Positions 1 to 19,665 are shown, counted from the stretch's first letter. The stretch is 64,000 nucleotides of DNA from Aeriscardovia sp. (GCA_040773385.1 JAXGWH010000004.1:2105-66104), one strand, 5' to 3'. Made by a program: numbers and translations. The notes: a model not told the origin generated them from the sequence alone.

Positions 1-415
1 GGACGTCATACTTGTCGGCCTGGCGCCACACGGTCTCAGACTGCGGCTCCACGCCCTCCTTGGCATCGAACACGGCCACGGCGCCGTCGAGGACGCGCAG
101 CGAGCGCTCCACCTCGGCGGTGAAGTCGACGTGGCCCGGGGTGTCGATGATGTTGATCTGGAAGCGGTCCTCCGGATCGTGCGACTGACGGTTCCAGAAG
201 CAGGTGATGGCGGCGGACGTGATGGTGATGCCGCGCTCCTTCTCCTGGTCCATCCAGTCCATCGTCGAGTCGCCGTCGTGCGTCTCGCCGATCTTGTAGT
301 TGACGCCGGTGTAGTAGAGGATGCGCTCGGTCGTCGTTGTCTTGCCGGCATCGATGTGGGCCATGATGCCGATGTTGCGGACCTTTGTCAGGTCCTTCAG
401 CACGTCAAGTGCCAT
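1..415 (-). CDS. fusA: Elongation factor G (5' part, runs off window)
   Basis: Reverse strand from ATG at 415 reads [37 protein letters not shown]...DTPGHVDF; follows rpsL-rpsG. Confidence 0.97.
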   Translation of the reverse strand, partial: MALDVLKDLTKVRNIGIMAHIDAGKTTTTERILYYTGVNYKIGETHDGDSTMDWMDQEKERGITITSAAITCFWNRQSHDPEDRFQINIIDTPGHVDFTAEVERSLRVLDGAVAVFDAKEGVEPQSETVWRQADKYDV

Positions 416-556
416 TGAAAATTCCTCACTCTAGTGATTGTGCGCACACGCGCGGTCAATTCCGGTCTGGCCGGAGACACACCAAAAGGTGCGAGGAAAG
501 GATCCGTGCCGTCCGCCCGGGGGCTTGCCGCCCGCAGGCCGGCCGCACGGCACGAC

Positions 557-1027
557 TCACCAGCGGTAGTGGGCGAAGGCGCGGTTGGCCTCGGCCATCT
601 TGTGGGTGTCCTCACGGCGCTTCACCGCGGCACCGAGGCCGTTGGAGGCGTCCATGATCTCATTGGCGAGACGCTCGGATATCGTCTTCTCGCGGCGCAG
701 ACGGGAGTAGTCCGTCAGCCAGCGCAGGGAGAGGGTGTTGGCACGGGCGGGGCGGACCTCGACCGGGACCTGGTAGGTGGCGCCGCCCACACGGCGGGAG
801 CGCACCTCGACGTTCGGACGGATGTTGTCCAGCGCGCGCTTGAGCACGGAGACAGGCTCCTGCTGGGTCTTCTCCTTGACCTGCTCGAGGGCGGTGTAGA
901 CGATGTGCTCCGCCACGGACTTCTTGCCGTCGAGGAGGACCTTGTTGATGAGCTGGGCGACCTGCGTGGAGCCGTAGATCGGGTCAGGCTGGACCCGACG
1001 ATGCTTTGCTTGACCTTTACGAGACAT
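557..1027 (-). CDS. rpsG: 30S ribosomal protein S7
   Basis: 156 aa, MSRKGQAK...[15 protein letters not shown]...[10 protein letters not shown]. Confidence 0.99.
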   Translation of the reverse strand: MSRKGQAKHRRVQPDPIYGSTQVAQLINKVLLDGKKSVAEHIVYTALEQVKEKTQQEPVSVLKRALDNIRPNVEVRSRRVGGATYQVPVEVRPARANTLSLRWLTDYSRLRREKTISERLANEIMDASNGLGAAVKRREDTHKMAEANRAFAHYRW

Positions 1028-1398
1028 TACTTAGCCTTCTTCGCGCCGTACTTCGAGCGACCTTGCTTGCGGTCCTTGACACCCTGCGTATCGAGGGCGC
1101 CACGGACGATGTGGTAACGCACACCAGGAAGATCCTTGACACGACCGCCGCGGACCAGCACGATGGAGTGCTCCTGCAGATTGTGGCCCTCGCCCGGGAT
1201 GTAGGCGGTGACCTCATAGCCCGAGCTCAGACGAACACGCGCGACCTTGCGGAGCGCGGAGTTCGGCTTCTTCGGGGTGGTGGTGTACACACGGGTGCAC
1301 ACACCGCGGCGCAGCGGGCTGCCCTGGAGCGCCAGGGTCTTTGTCTTCTTCGTCTTCCGCTTGCGACCGAAGCGGATAAGCTGCTGAATAGTTGGCAC
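1027..1398 (-). CDS. rpsL: 30S ribosomal protein S12
   Basis: GTG start, PTIQQLIR...[12 protein letters not shown]...[10 protein letters not shown]; TAATG overlap with rpsG. Confidence 0.99.
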   Translation of the reverse strand: MPTIQQLIRFGRKRKTKKTKTLALQGSPLRRGVCTRVYTTTPKKPNSALRKVARVRLSSGYEVTAYIPGEGHNLQEHSIVLVRGGRVKDLPGVRYHIVRGALDTQGVKDRKQGRSKYGAKKAK

Positions 1399-1607
1399 TA
1401 TTTTCTCCGATTCACCTTTATGCGTTTGTGCCAGACCGCGCCATTGCGTTCCCGCACCGTGAACGGAGCAAGAATAGCCAATGACCACCGGCCCGATGGT
1501 CCCTCTTCCTCACCGCCGCGTTGCCGTGACGGCCTCATCAGGATCAGGAATATTCCGCGCCGAGGCACGGAACACACAAAGAAAATTATAGCGATGCCGC
1601 GGACAGC

Positions 1608-2753
1608 TCACGCGTTGCGCTGTGAGCGTCCGAACACGCCCCACTGCGGGATGAAGCCCTCGAAGATGATGCGGTCGAACCGGTCGACGCACTGCAGTGC
1701 CTCCTGGGCCGAGCGCACGGTCCATGCCACGCGCTGGGCGCCCATATCGCCGGCGACGGCCAACGTGGCCGAGTCCCACATGTGCCAGTCCATCGCCACG
1801 AAGTCGGGGCGGGAGACCACGTCGGCCAGCGCCGCGCCGCCGAGCGCGTCGACCGCGCGCGTGGCCATGGACGGCGCCCCCGGCACGAGCAGGGAGAGCT
1901 CCTGCCTGTCGGCAAGCTGGCCGCGCAGCACGCGCGGGCGGTAGAGACGGTACCAGCCCATCGCCAGCGGGTCGAAGCTCTCCACCACGTATGGGCCTTG
2001 GTAGGCCTGCAGGAGCCGGTCGCCCTTCTCCAGCAGCTCCTTTTTCACGCGCCGGCCCTGCGCCTTGTACTCGACGATGAGCGGCACGCGAGCGTCCACC
2101 AGGCCGAGCACGTCGGCGAAGAGCGGGGCGTGCTGCTGCCACGGCTGCAGATCCGTATCGGCGGCTGAGACGGGAGCATCATCGGCCGCTTTCGGCTTGC
2201 CCGTATACCCGGCCGTGCCGGACATGTCCTCGCCGGCGAAGAGCGGGATACGGCACAGCTCGTCATAGGTGAGGTCGGCGATCGAGGCGGAAAGCCCTGC
2301 CGCGCGGGCGAGTGTGTCGTCGTGGAAGACGACCACCTGCCCGTCGGCGGTCAGCTGAAGGTCGAGCTCGATGCCGTAGCCGGCGCGGCACGCCGCCTCG
2401 AAAGCCGGAAGCGTGTTCTCCGGGGCGATGGCCGCCGCCGGCGGCGCGCCTGCGCCGTATCCCGCGTCACGGGCCAGATTGCGGGCGAGGATGCGGTAGG
2501 TGTCCGCCTCATGGGACAGGCCGTCGTCCTCCCCCGTCTGCGGATAGCCGGAACCGGCGTCGTGCAGGCCGCGGTGGGCAAACGGAGTGTCAGGCACCAG
2601 AGGGGCAGGATCCTTCTGCGCGGACGAGGGCGTCAGGCTCGCGGACTCGAGCCGGCGCAAAAACGGCGGGCGCGGGCTGACGGCGTACGCCCAGGCCGCC
2701 CCGGCGAGCGCCGCAGCTTTGAGAAGACGATGCGTGCTGTGTTTGTCCGACAT
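1608..2753 (-). CDS. Glycerophosphodiester phosphodiesterase family protein with N-terminal membrane anchor
   Basis: FAHRGLH, PENTLPAF, GIELDLQLTADGQVVVFHD, VESFDP, AWTV motifs; start uncertain. Confidence 0.9.
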   Translation of the reverse strand: MSDKHSTHRLLKAAALAGAAWAYAVSPRPPFLRRLESASLTPSSAQKDPAPLVPDTPFAHRGLHDAGSGYPQTGEDDGLSHEADTYRILARNLARDAGYGAGAPPAAAIAPENTLPAFEAACRAGYGIELDLQLTADGQVVVFHDDTLARAAGLSASIADLTYDELCRIPLFAGEDMSGTAGYTGKPKAADDAPVSAADTDLQPWQQHAPLFADVLGLVDARVPLIVEYKAQGRRVKKELLEKGDRLLQAYQGPYVVESFDPLAMGWYRLYRPRVLRGQLADRQELSLLVPGAPSMATRAVDALGGAALADVVSRPDFVAMDWHMWDSATLAVAGDMGAQRVAWTVRSAQEALQCVDRFDRIIFEGFIPQWGVFGRSQRNA

Positions 2754-2951
2754 ATCCGCTCCCCTATCCGTACGAGATTGTGGTGGGATGATCCCCTGTT
2801 GATCCCCGAGGAATTGATTCCGCGACAGATCATGTCCCACCCATCGTATCCGCCCGTGACTATCGGCCCACGAGACCAGGAAGAGAAACAGCAGACAATA
2901 GCAATCCGTCCACAGACATGACGGGGCAGAACAACAGAAGGATCCAGACAG

Positions 2952-2984
2952 AAAAAGGGCGGCAGGATTTCTCCTGCCACCCTT
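2952..2984 (-). terminator. Intrinsic terminator after rpoC
   Basis: Minus strand aagggtggcagga-gaaa-tcctgccgccc-ttttt, hairpin plus U tract. Confidence 0.85.
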
Positions 2985-3076
2985 CGTCTGTGATCACTGT
3001 TCGCCCATGATCACCCCTCGTCCCTGGTCACCACGCGGGTCATTACTCAGGGACTGTGGTCATCGTGCGGCGCGTC

Positions 3077-7270
<4,194 letters not shown>

Positions 7271-7320
7271 TCTTTATTCCTGTCTTTGCAAACTGTGTGG
7301 ATTGTTCTGTCGGAGCCCGA

Positions 7321-10902
<3,582 letters not shown>

Positions 10903-11057
10903 GTGAGTCAGTCCTTATCTTGTTGCCGTCATGTGTTCCTACGGAAAGAATGCGAGAAAGGACCTCGGTGCGGGCCCTCTGTCCGGCCGCCATATGCTCG
11001 GACAGGCATTCTTGCCTATCGCGCGCCCGCCATATGACATGCGAATAAACAAATACT

Positions 11058-11085
11058 ACAATACTCAAAAATCAGGACAGGGCAA
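11058..11085 (-). promoter_or_regulatory. Putative sigmaA promoter of rpoBC
   Basis: TTGCCC-16 nt-TATTGT in an AT-rich patch upstream of rpoB. Confidence 0.4.
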
Positions 11086-11219
11086 GTGGTGGCAGCCGTT
11101 TGAGCCACCGGCGGACAGTTGCGGCATCCTCAAGCGGTCAGTGTGTGACAAACGAACAACCCGGTCTTGATGACACACACCTCCATGGCCTATCACGGCA
11201 CAGGACGTTCACGGCGGAA

Positions 11220-12392
11220 TCAGTCGTTGCGGGATTTTGCCGTGAGATCCGTGCGGGCCTGGGCGCACCACGTGCCCATCGCCGCCACGAGATCGTCGAC
11301 GGATTCGAATTTGCGCTGCTCGCCGATCTTGTCCACGAACTCGAGCCTCACACGGTGGTCGTACAGATCAAGCGTCCGACCGGCGTCGTCGGACGTACTG
11401 TCATCCGCCGCGCCGCCGTCGGCCGCGGCGGCATCGACTGCGGCTACGTCGACAACGTTCGCCTCCACCACGCGGGCGATGTCCGTGCCGAACGTGGGCT
11501 TCGCGCCGATGGAGATCGCCGCGGGCAGACGACGGGTGGCGTTCCGGGCATCCCCCTCGTCGACGAGCCAGCCCTCGTACACACCGTCGCCGGGCACGAG
11601 GCCGGCGATATCGCTGAGATTTGCCGTGGGGAAACCGAGCCTCGCCCCCTGCCCCTCGCCGTGCACCACCGTTCCGCAGACCGCATGGTCCCGCCCGGTG
11701 ATCTCGCGGGCGCCGGCCACATCGCCCTCGCGCAGCAGATGGCGCAGGTTGGACGAGCTCCACACGCGGACTTTCTTTTCCACCGGAACGCCCTTGACGG
11801 TGCCTGCGGGGATATGCACGAAGCCGGGGCCGCGGTCGTCGACGATGTCGACCTGGAAGAAGCGGAATGCCTCGGCGATACGCTCGATGGTGGCGGCGTC
11901 GCCCTTGCCGTCGCGGCCCAGACGCGCATCCCGGCCGAGCACGAGCGTGTGCAGGCCGAGCGTGTGCACCGGGTTGTGGCTGTTGCCCACGCGCTGGCTG
12001 ATGAGCTGGCCGAGGAAGGAACTGTAGCTCGTCTGGGCGAACGGCGTGGTGAAGCGCACGACGATCGCGATGTCGAGGCCCATACCTTCCAGCAGGCGCA
12101 GACGCTCCCCCACCGGCAGGATCCCGTCAGGATCCTCCACACCCGGGGCCGGGTCGGTCTTGCCATGTGTCTTTCGGTAAGAGAAAACGAAGGCGGGACG
12201 CGGATCGAAGAGGATCGCCACGGACCGGTTGGAATAACTGCGCGCGAGTTCGGTCACACGCCGCAGGAGCGCCTGATGGCCCTTGTGTAGGCCGTCGAAC
12301 GTGCCGATAGTGACGATCGAGCCGGTCTTCGCGTCGAGGCGCGGCCAGGCGACCACGCCGTCGCTGTCGGGGGTGAGACGATAGACCTTCAT
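11220..12392 (-). CDS. ribF: Bifunctional riboflavin kinase/FAD synthetase
   Basis: TIGTFDGLHKGH, LGFPTAN, ISIGAKPTF motifs; ATGA overlap with truB. Confidence 0.93.
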   Translation of the reverse strand: MKVYRLTPDSDGVVAWPRLDAKTGSIVTIGTFDGLHKGHQALLRRVTELARSYSNRSVAILFDPRPAFVFSYRKTHGKTDPAPGVEDPDGILPVGERLRLLEGMGLDIAIVVRFTTPFAQTSYSSFLGQLISQRVGNSHNPVHTLGLHTLVLGRDARLGRDGKGDAATIERIAEAFRFFQVDIVDDRGPGFVHIPAGTVKGVPVEKKVRVWSSSNLRHLLREGDVAGAREITGRDHAVCGTVVHGEGQGARLGFPTANLSDIAGLVPGDGVYEGWLVDEGDARNATRRLPAAISIGAKPTFGTDIARVVEANVVDVAAVDAAAADGGAADDSTSDDAGRTLDLYDHRVRLEFVDKIGEQRKFESVDDLVAAMGTWCAQARTDLTAKSRND

Positions 12393-13780
12393 GCGTCCTC
12401 CTGGTGATCCTGATGATCCTGATGGTTCGGGTGATTGCCGGCATGGTGCGTGGTGCGATCGGTGGTCGTTCCGTCGGTGTGCGGCAGGCGGACGAACGAC
12501 TGGTCGAGGATGGTGCGCGGGCGTAGTCCGTGCCGGCCGTGATCCTCGAGAACCCCGACCACGATCATCCCGTCCGTGCCCTCGCACAAGGCGACGACAC
12601 GGTGGTCGTCCGGCCCGAGCGTCAGGCTCGCCGGCGCGTTCCCACGGTGTGAAGCGGGATGCCCGCCCTTCTTCTGGTCATCCTGATCATCCGCATTGAC
12701 TGCCAGCACGGCCTTTGCTTGTGCGTTGGCAGCGTCGGAGGCACCGAGACGGACGGCCAGGCCCGTCTCGAGCAGGTGGGCCTGCACCGGGGTGATCCGT
12801 ACGGCCGGCAGGCTCTGCCAGATGAGGTCGGCGGCCGGGATGATCCGTGGCAGCGCGGTCTCCGGGTCAAACACGGGATTTGTGCGCGTGTGGAACTGCC
12901 CGTCGCGCCCGGTGAACGTCTTTGTGCGCACGGTCGCGGGTGCGGCCTGGTCGAGAGTGAGCGAGCCGATGCGCGTGCGGCGCAGCGCGGTCACATACCC
13001 GCCCACGCCGAGCAACGAGCCGAGGTCGCGGGCGAGAGAACGGACGTAGGTGCCTTCAGAGCAGGTGATGGTGGCGGTCAGATTGAGGAACAGGTCACCG
13101 TCCCCGCACCGTTGCGCATTGTCGGGATGCGCAGAATTCGCGAGCCCCCCGCGGACATCGGCACCATCGCGCAGGCGGACAGAGGCGGGATCGACCTCGA
13201 ACCGGTCGATCCGCACACGGCGGGCGGCGAGATCCGGCGTCTTGCCCTCACGGGCCAGATCGTAGGCGTGCTTGCCGCCGACGCGCACAGCCGAGTAGGC
13301 GGACGGGATCTGGTCGATGTCCCCGCTCAGATGCGCGCTGATGGTCTCGGTGATTTTCTCCGGATGCGCGGCGAGATCTCGCAGCCTCGCGCGGGCTTCA
13401 TCACCCTGCAGCCTGGGAAGCAGCCGGCCGCCGGCGTCGGGCGTGGTGTCAGGGCCTAGTTGGGCGGCCATACCGGGCTCGGTGTCGGACACGGTGTGAT
13501 CACACAGGAACGCTCCGGCCGCGTCGTCGGTCTCGGTGGAGGCGCCCAGCCGGATGGACGCCTCATACGTCTTATCCGAGTGGAATGCGGACAGAAGCCG
13601 CGTGACCGGGCCGAAGCCGATGAGCAGCAGCCCGGTGGCCTGCGGGTCGAGGGTGCCGGAGTGGCCGACCCGGCGCGTGCCGCGCACGCGCCGCAGGGCG
13701 GCCACCACGTCGAAGCTCGTCACCCCGAGGGGCTTGTCGACGAGCAGGAACCCGCAGGAGGGGGCGTCACTCGGCGTCAT
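12389..13780 (-). CDS. truB: tRNA pseudouridine(55) synthase with insertions
   Basis: LVDKPLGVTSFDVV, VGHSGTLDP, CSEGTYVRSLARDLG; follows rbfA. Confidence 0.95.
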   Translation of the reverse strand: MTPSDAPSCGFLLVDKPLGVTSFDVVAALRRVRGTRRVGHSGTLDPQATGLLLIGFGPVTRLLSAFHSDKTYEASIRLGASTETDDAAGAFLCDHTVSDTEPGMAAQLGPDTTPDAGGRLLPRLQGDEARARLRDLAAHPEKITETISAHLSGDIDQIPSAYSAVRVGGKHAYDLAREGKTPDLAARRVRIDRFEVDPASVRLRDGADVRGGLANSAHPDNAQRCGDGDLFLNLTATITCSEGTYVRSLARDLGSLLGVGGYVTALRRTRIGSLTLDQAAPATVRTKTFTGRDGQFHTRTNPVFDPETALPRIIPAADLIWQSLPAVRITPVQAHLLETGLAVRLGASDAANAQAKAVLAVNADDQDDQKKGGHPASHRGNAPASLTLGPDDHRVVALCEGTDGMIVVGVLEDHGRHGLRPRTILDQSFVRLPHTDGTTTDRTTHHAGNHPNHQDHQDHQEDA

Positions 13781-14279
13781 CGTCCTCGTCAGCCTCATCG
13801 GACGAGCCTTTGTCGGAATCTGACGTCTCCTGACCGGACTCGTCCTCATCGTCATGACGGTACGGGTCGGCCTCGCCGGCGTACGCCTTGCCCTGGCGGT
13901 CGCGCCCGAGCTGCTCGTCGCGCTGACGGGCGAGGACAAGCACGTCGTCGATCTCGCGTGCCTGGCCGGGCACCTCGTCGAAGACGAATTCGATGGCGGG
14001 CGTGAGCCGCAGACCGGCCTTGCGGCCGACGCGCGAGCGCAGACGGCCCTTGGCCTGTTCAAGCGCTTTGGCGGCACGCTGGCGCGCGCCGCGGGTGTCG
14101 GACGGATCAGCGTACTGGGTCCAGTAAATGCGGGCGATCTGCAGGTCACCGGTCACACGGACCTCGGTGATCGTCACACCCTCCAGACGGGGGTCGTGGA
14201 TGTCCCTCTCGAGACTCGTGGCGACCACCCGCTGGATGAGGGCGGCGACGCGTGCCCTGCGCGGGGAGTTTCCTGCCAT
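13767..14279 (-). CDS. rbfA: Ribosome-binding factor A
   Basis: DPRL...VTITEVRVTGDLQIARIYW...LRLTP; alternative GTG start at 14288. Confidence 0.96.
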   Translation of the reverse strand: MAGNSPRRARVAALIQRVVATSLERDIHDPRLEGVTITEVRVTGDLQIARIYWTQYADPSDTRGARQRAAKALEQAKGRLRSRVGRKAGLRLTPAIEFVFDEVPGQAREIDDVLVLARQRDEQLGRDRQGKAYAGEADPYRHDDEDESGQETSDSDKGSSDEADEDDDAE

Positions 14280-14284
14280 GGCGC

Positions 14285-17140
14285 TCACTTCTTCGCCGCG
14301 TCGTGCGCCGGGGCCGACAGGCTCGCGGCGGACTGTTCGGCGTCGTCGGTCTTCTCGCCCTTGGCGGCGAGCTTGGCCTTCTCGTTGGCGATCACCTGGG
14401 CCTTGGGGATCTCGCGGTTCTCGTAGGTCTCGATGATGTCGCCCTCCTGGATGTCGTTGAAGGTGCCGAGGTTGATGCCGGCCTCGAAGCCGGCCTTGAC
14501 CTCGTTGACGTCATCCTTGAAGCGGCGCAGGGAGGTGATGGTGAGGTCGTTGACCGTGACCACCCCGTTGCGGGTGATGCGAGCCTTCGTGCCTTTCTTG
14601 ACCACGCCGTCCTGGACCATGACGCCGGCGATGTTGCCGAACTTGGAGGAGCGGAAGATCTGGCGGATCTCGGAATGTGAGGTCTCGACCTCCTCGAACT
14701 CGGGCTTGAGCATGCCCTCCAGGGACTCCTGGATCTCCTCGACGGCGTTGTAGATGACCGTGTAGAACTTGATCTCCACGCCCTCCTGCTCGGCCAGCTG
14801 CTGGACGTTGCGGTTGGGGCGGACGTTGAAGCCGATGATGACGGCCTTGTCGACCTCGGCGAGGTTGACATCGTTCTGCGTGATCGCGCCCACGCCGCGG
14901 TGGATGACCTGGATGCCCACGGAGTCGGAGACCTTGATCTTCATGAGCTCGTCCTCGAGGGCCTCGACCGAGCCGGACGAATCGCCCTTGATGATGAGGT
15001 TGAGCATGTCGACCTCGGACTTCTTGAACTGCTCCTGCAGGCTCTCGAGCGAGATGACCTTGTGGCGCTTCGCCTGCTGGGCGGCGCGGTGCACGGCCTC
15101 GCGCTTCTCGACGATCTGGCGTGCGGAGCGGTCGTCCGGGGCGACGAGGAAAAGGTCGCCGGCGGCCGGCACGGAGGTCAGGCCCAGCACCTGGACAGGC
15201 GTGGACGGGGTGGCCTCGTCAAGCTGCTTTCCGTTCTCCGAGAGCATGGCGCGCACACGGCCGTAGGCGGTGCCGACCACGATCGGGTCGCCCACGTGCA
15301 GCGTGCCCTCCTGGACGATGATGTTCGCCACGGCGCCGCGGCCCTTGTCGAGCCTCGCCTCGATGGTGGCGCCCTTGGCGTCGCCGGACAGGCGGGTGGT
15401 CAGGTCGAGCGAGGCGTCCGCGGTGAGCAGGATGTCCTCGAGCAGCTTGTCGACGTTCGTGCCCTTCTTGGCGGAGATGTCGACGAACATGGTGTCGCCG
15501 CCGTACTCCTCGGGCACGAGGCCGAACTGCATGAGCTGGTTGCGCACCTTCTGCGGGTCGGCGCCGGGCAGATCGATCTTGTTGACGGCCACGACGATCG
15601 GCACGTTGGCCGCCTTGGCGTGGTTGAGCGCCTCGATTGTCTGCGGCATGACGCCGTCATCGGCGGCCACGACGAGCACGACGATATCGGTGATCTCGGC
15701 GCCGCGGGCGCGCATGGCGGTGAAGGCCTCGTGGCCAGGGGTGTCGAGGAAGGTGATCTTGCGCGGCTCGCCGTTGAGGTCGACCGTCACCTGATAGGCG
15801 CCGATGCGCTGGGTGATGCCGCCGGCCTCGTGGGCGGAGACGTTCGTCTTGCGGATCGTGTCGAGCAGGCGGGTCTTGCCGTGGTCGACATGGCCCATGA
15901 CGGTGACCACCGGCGGGCGCGCGACGGTTGTGACGTCCTTGCCCGACTCGTCCTCGTCGAGGTTGATGTCGAACTGCTGCAGGATCTGCTTGTCCTCCTC
16001 CTCGGCGGAGACGAGCTGGATGTTCCAGCCGATCTCCTCGCCCAGGATCTGGAACGTGTCCTCATCGAGCGACTGGTTGGCCGTGGCCATCTGCCCCAGA
16101 TGGAACAGGACGGTCACGAGCGCGGCCGGGTCCACATGGATCTGCTCGGCGAGGTCGGCCAGGGACGCGCCCTGACGCAGACGGACGGTCTTGCCGTTGC
16201 CGTTGGGGATGCGCACGCCGGCGATGCGCGGTGCGCGCATCTCTTCGCGCTGCTCCTGCTGCCTCTCGCGCGAACGACGGCGCGCACGCGAGGAACGCGA
16301 GCCCTGATGGCCAAACGCGCCGGCTGTGCCGCCGCGGCCGCGGCCGCGGAAGCCGCCGCCCGGACGCTGCTCGCCGCCGAAGCGGCCTCCCTCGCGCTCA
16401 CGCGATTCGCGCGCCTCGCGGGAATGACCCCACCTGTTGCGGTAGTTGCCCTCGCCGGAACCGTTGTGCTGGCCGGGGCGTGCCGTGCGGAAGCGGTTGC
16501 CACCGCGGTACGGCCCTTCCTCGCGGCCCGGATGCGGCCGCGGGATGTCGGCAGGGGTCGGGAAGTGCATCCCCTGGTGCGAGGTGAAAGGATTGTTGCC
16601 CGGACGCGGGGTGCCCGGTCGCGCCGTGCGGCGCGGCGTCGGATGCCCGGCGACCGGACGGCCCGCACGGGGACGTCCCGCCCCCATGCCACGGGACTCG
16701 TGGCGTTCCGTCTGCTCATGGCGTGACGTGTGCGGGCCCGGACGGCCCTGAGGGCGTGGGCCGCGATCGGACCGTGCGGCCGACTGGCCGTTTCGCGACG
16801 ACGAGAACAGCGCGCCGGGCGTCGGCATCGACGTGTGCGGGCCCGGACGGCCCTGCTGCGACTGCGCCCGCGGTGCGGCCGGATGCGGCTGGTGCGACGC
16901 GGGTCGTGCCCCCGCCGACGACTGTGCGTGCTGCGTGCGGGCGGGCCTGGCCGCCGGCCTCGCCGACGCGCTCGCCGTCGCGGACTTGCCGAATTCCTGG
17001 TGCAGACGCCGGACCACGGGCGGTTCGACGGTGGAGGAGGCGGACTTGACGAACTCCCCCATTTCCTTGAGTTTTGCAAGCACCTGCTTGCTGCTGACGC
17101 CAAATTCCTTGGCCAACTCGTAAACGCGTGCTTTTGGCAC
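14285..17140 (-). CDS. infB: Translation initiation factor IF-2
   Basis: [11 protein letters not shown]-terminus, [20 protein letters not shown]. Confidence 0.99.
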   Translation of the reverse strand: MPKARVYELAKEFGVSSKQVLAKLKEMGEFVKSASSTVEPPVVRRLHQEFGKSATASASARPAARPARTQHAQSSAGARPASHQPHPAAPRAQSQQGRPGPHTSMPTPGALFSSSRNGQSAARSDRGPRPQGRPGPHTSRHEQTERHESRGMGAGRPRAGRPVAGHPTPRRTARPGTPRPGNNPFTSHQGMHFPTPADIPRPHPGREEGPYRGGNRFRTARPGQHNGSGEGNYRNRWGHSREARESREREGGRFGGEQRPGGGFRGRGRGGTAGAFGHQGSRSSRARRRSRERQQEQREEMRAPRIAGVRIPNGNGKTVRLRQGASLADLAEQIHVDPAALVTVLFHLGQMATANQSLDEDTFQILGEEIGWNIQLVSAEEEDKQILQQFDINLDEDESGKDVTTVARPPVVTVMGHVDHGKTRLLDTIRKTNVSAHEAGGITQRIGAYQVTVDLNGEPRKITFLDTPGHEAFTAMRARGAEITDIVVLVVAADDGVMPQTIEALNHAKAANVPIVVAVNKIDLPGADPQKVRNQLMQFGLVPEEYGGDTMFVDISAKKGTNVDKLLEDILLTADASLDLTTRLSGDAKGATIEARLDKGRGAVANIIVQEGTLHVGDPIVVGTAYGRVRAMLSENGKQLDEATPSTPVQVLGLTSVPAAGDLFLVAPDDRSARQIVEKREAVHRAAQQAKRHKVISLESLQEQFKKSEVDMLNLIIKGDSSGSVEALEDELMKIKVSDSVGIQVIHRGVGAITQNDVNLAEVDKAVIIGFNVRPNRNVQQLAEQEGVEIKFYTVIYNAVEEIQESLEGMLKPEFEEVETSHSEIRQIFRSSKFGNIAGVMVQDGVVKKGTKARITRNGVVTVNDLTITSLRRFKDDVNEVKAGFEAGINLGTFNDIQEGDIIETYENREIPKAQVIANEKAKLAAKGEKTDDAEQSAASLSAPAHDAAKK

Positions 17141-17376
17141 CCGAATCTCCATTTCCGGACCACGCGTTTGCGGCGCGGTCTCTTATCTCACTTCGTGGTG
17201 TGGTGTGGTGAAACTGTGGCGTTTCATAGGACGACCATGGCTGTTCGACCTCATCTTCCGATGCGGGTAAGTGACACAGGCCCGCCCGTGCGGGCCGGTG
17301 TCAGTCTAGCGCGCGGTGCGCTCAACACCGCCCCGGCGTCGCCGCCGGCTCACCGGAGCCCGTCCGGCCCGCGGTC

Positions 17377-18477
17377 CTAGTCGTGGTGGTCCTGCCCCTC
17401 CTGCTCCTCGGCCTCCTCATGGGCCTTGGCGACGAGGGAATCGCCGTGCAGACGCTCGCCGGCCGAGAGCTGGCGCTCGCGTTTCTCCTCCGACTCGATG
17501 CCGATCTTCCAGCCGGTGAGCTTGGCGGCCAGGCGCGCATTCTGGCCCTCCTTGCCGATGGCAAGGGAGAGCTGCGAGTCATGCACGAAGGCGACGGCCG
17601 TCTTGGCACGCTCGGAGAGCACGGAGACGGACTGGACGTGCGCCGGCGAGAGGGCCGAGGCGACGAACTCCGCCGGATCCTTCGACCAGTCGACGATATC
17701 GATCTTCTCGCCGCCGAGGTTGGCCATGACGGCGCGCACGCGCTGGCCGCCCGGCCCGATGAGCGCGCCCTTGGGGTTGACACCCTTCGTGTTGGCGCGG
17801 ACGGCGACCTTCGAGCGGGCGCCGGCCTCACGGGCGATCGCCATGATCGAGACGGATCCGGAGACGAGCTCGGGCACCTCGCGCTCGAACAGCAGGCGCA
17901 CCAGTTCCGGATGGGAGCGTGACACGACGATCTCCGGTCCTCGCAGACCGCGGGAGACGGAGACCACGTAGACGCGCAGACGGTCTCCGTGGCGGTATTT
18001 CTCTCCCGGGACCTGCTCGCGGCGCGGCAGGAGCGCCTCGACGTCGCCCACGCGCACATGCACGTTGTACGGGTCGTCGTCATCCTGCTGGATCACGCCG
18101 GTGATGAGCTTGCCCTTCTGGCCGGTGAACGCCCCGAACACCCGCTCGTCCTCGGCCTGACGGAAGAGCTGCTCGATGACCTGCCGGGCGGTCATGGCCG
18201 CCTGACGGCCGAAGTTGTTGGGGGTGTCGTCGTACTCCTCGCCCAGACGGGGTGCCGGATGCGGGTCGTCCGGGGTCGGCTCCTGCTCGATCTCGTCCTG
18301 CGCCCAGACGGTGAAGGTGCCGGCTCTGGAGTCGAGCTCCACACGGGCATGCTTTGCGGCCCCCGGCTGCTTGAGATAGGCCAGGCGCAGCGCCTCTTCC
18401 AGCGCCTGGTTGAGTGTCTCCGCGTCGATGCCCTGCTCCGCGGCGAGAGTGCGGATGCTCGTCAGATCCAGCTTCAT
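17377..18477 (-). CDS. nusA: Transcription factor NusA
   Basis: FGRQAAMTARQ, S1 and KH domains, SLAIGKEGQNARLAAKLTGWKI. Confidence 0.97.
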   Translation of the reverse strand: MKLDLTSIRTLAAEQGIDAETLNQALEEALRLAYLKQPGAAKHARVELDSRAGTFTVWAQDEIEQEPTPDDPHPAPRLGEEYDDTPNNFGRQAAMTARQVIEQLFRQAEDERVFGAFTGQKGKLITGVIQQDDDDPYNVHVRVGDVEALLPRREQVPGEKYRHGDRLRVYVVSVSRGLRGPEIVVSRSHPELVRLLFEREVPELVSGSVSIMAIAREAGARSKVAVRANTKGVNPKGALIGPGGQRVRAVMANLGGEKIDIVDWSKDPAEFVASALSPAHVQSVSVLSERAKTAVAFVHDSQLSLAIGKEGQNARLAAKLTGWKIGIESEEKRERQLSAGERLHGDSLVAKAHEEAEEQEGQDHHD

Positions 18478-18627
18478 TTTTCCTCCGGTTTCAATTCTCG
18501 GTTTCAGTTTTCGGCACACGCCGGGACGATGGACGGCCCGGCGATTTCAGCACGGGCAATTATTGTCACGATTTGGGACAAACACTCTCTGCTATGGGCC
18601 GAGAGGGACGACCGGGAGGAGGACGGC

Positions 18628-19665
18628 ATGGGCGGACGACGGGATATCTGCCATCACGGTATCCGCCATCGATGGCACCCGGACTGCGGACAGCATCCCC
18701 ATCGCCTGCCGGCGCTCCTGTTCGTCCTCTGCCTGCTCGCCGGCACCTCCGGTTGCTCCGCGCCGCGCACGCCGTCCCTGCCATGGGCGCGGACATCCGG
18801 TCCCGCCGAATCGGCAACGGTATCGGCAAAGCGCGCCGGCGACACAGATGGTTCCGGACGATCCGGACAACAGACCGACCCGATCGATTCCGCCTGGACG
18901 GACGCCGACAACGGCAAAGCCGTCCGTCCTGACCGGTGCGCCCGGCTCGCAGAAAGACTGGTCGCCTCGCAGACACGATTTGACGCGGGACTCGGCGGGA
19001 AGACCCCCGCCTCCGGCACGACCGGGCCCTCAGTCGATGATCTCAACCGCCGGCTGCTCATGCGCGGGCTCACGACGGTCGCCCTCTCCTGCCCTTCCCA
19101 GACACCGGCAGCGGTATTCTCGCTCGCCCGTCTCGGCCCGGCCTCCCTCCCGTCCGCCCCACGGCTGCGCGCGGTGGCGACGGCGATGGGGGACAGCGCC
19201 GGCAGCCTCGCCCGCGCGCTCGACCGGGAGCATTTCACACGCCGTTTCCTGCGTCTCTCCTCTGCGGATGCCGCCGCCTCGCGGCAGTCTGGCGGCACCG
19301 ATGAGACGCAGGAGGACCGTGTCGGCGGTCTGTCGGACGTGTTCGCCCGCCCGGCAGTGCGTGCCGGGAAGGCTGATCCGCGCGGCAAAATCTATGACAC
19401 CTCGTCGATGGATGCCGGCAGCCTCGCGCGCCCGCGCACCGACCCGGCGAGCGGCCTGGACGCCACGAACGCCCAGATCCTCGCGATGGATGAGGCGCGC
19501 GCCGCGGCGTCCGCGCTTCCTGCCGCGATGCGCTCGGAGGCTTCCCGGGATACAAAAAAGACCGCGGTCGCGACCGCGGTCTTTTTTGCGCGCCGTGCCT
19601 ATGAGGCGGGCTATCCGCTCTCCTATCCGGTGCTTTTGGAACCCGGCACAGGATCCTCCCGCTGA
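18628..19665 (+). CDS. Putative lipoprotein, DUF4439/ferritin-like family candidate
   Basis: GGAGG RBS, hydrophobic stretch ending LLAGTSGC (lipobox-like); position between proS and nusA matches actinobacterial DUF4439-like genes. Confidence 0.6.
   Translation: MGGRRDICHHGIRHRWHPDCGQHPHRLPALLFVLCLLAGTSGCSAPRTPSLPWARTSGPAESATVSAKRAGDTDGSGRSGQQTDPIDSAWTDADNGKAVRPDRCARLAERLVASQTRFDAGLGGKTPASGTTGPSVDDLNRRLLMRGLTTVALSCPSQTPAAVFSLARLGPASLPSAPRLRAVATAMGDSAGSLARALDREHFTRRFLRLSSADAAASRQSGGTDETQEDRVGGLSDVFARPAVRAGKADPRGKIYDTSSMDAGSLARPRTDPASGLDATNAQILAMDEARAAASALPAAMRSEASRDTKKTAVATAVFFARRAYEAGYPLSYPVLLEPGTGSSR

Noticed and set aside
1027-1398. Streptomycin-resistance alleles in rpsL
   Set aside because: K43 (PKKPNS) and K88 (RVKDLPG) are wild type.
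16720-16860. Duplicated QGRPGPHTS segment in infB
   Set aside because: Lies in the normally variable low-complexity IF-2 N-terminal region.
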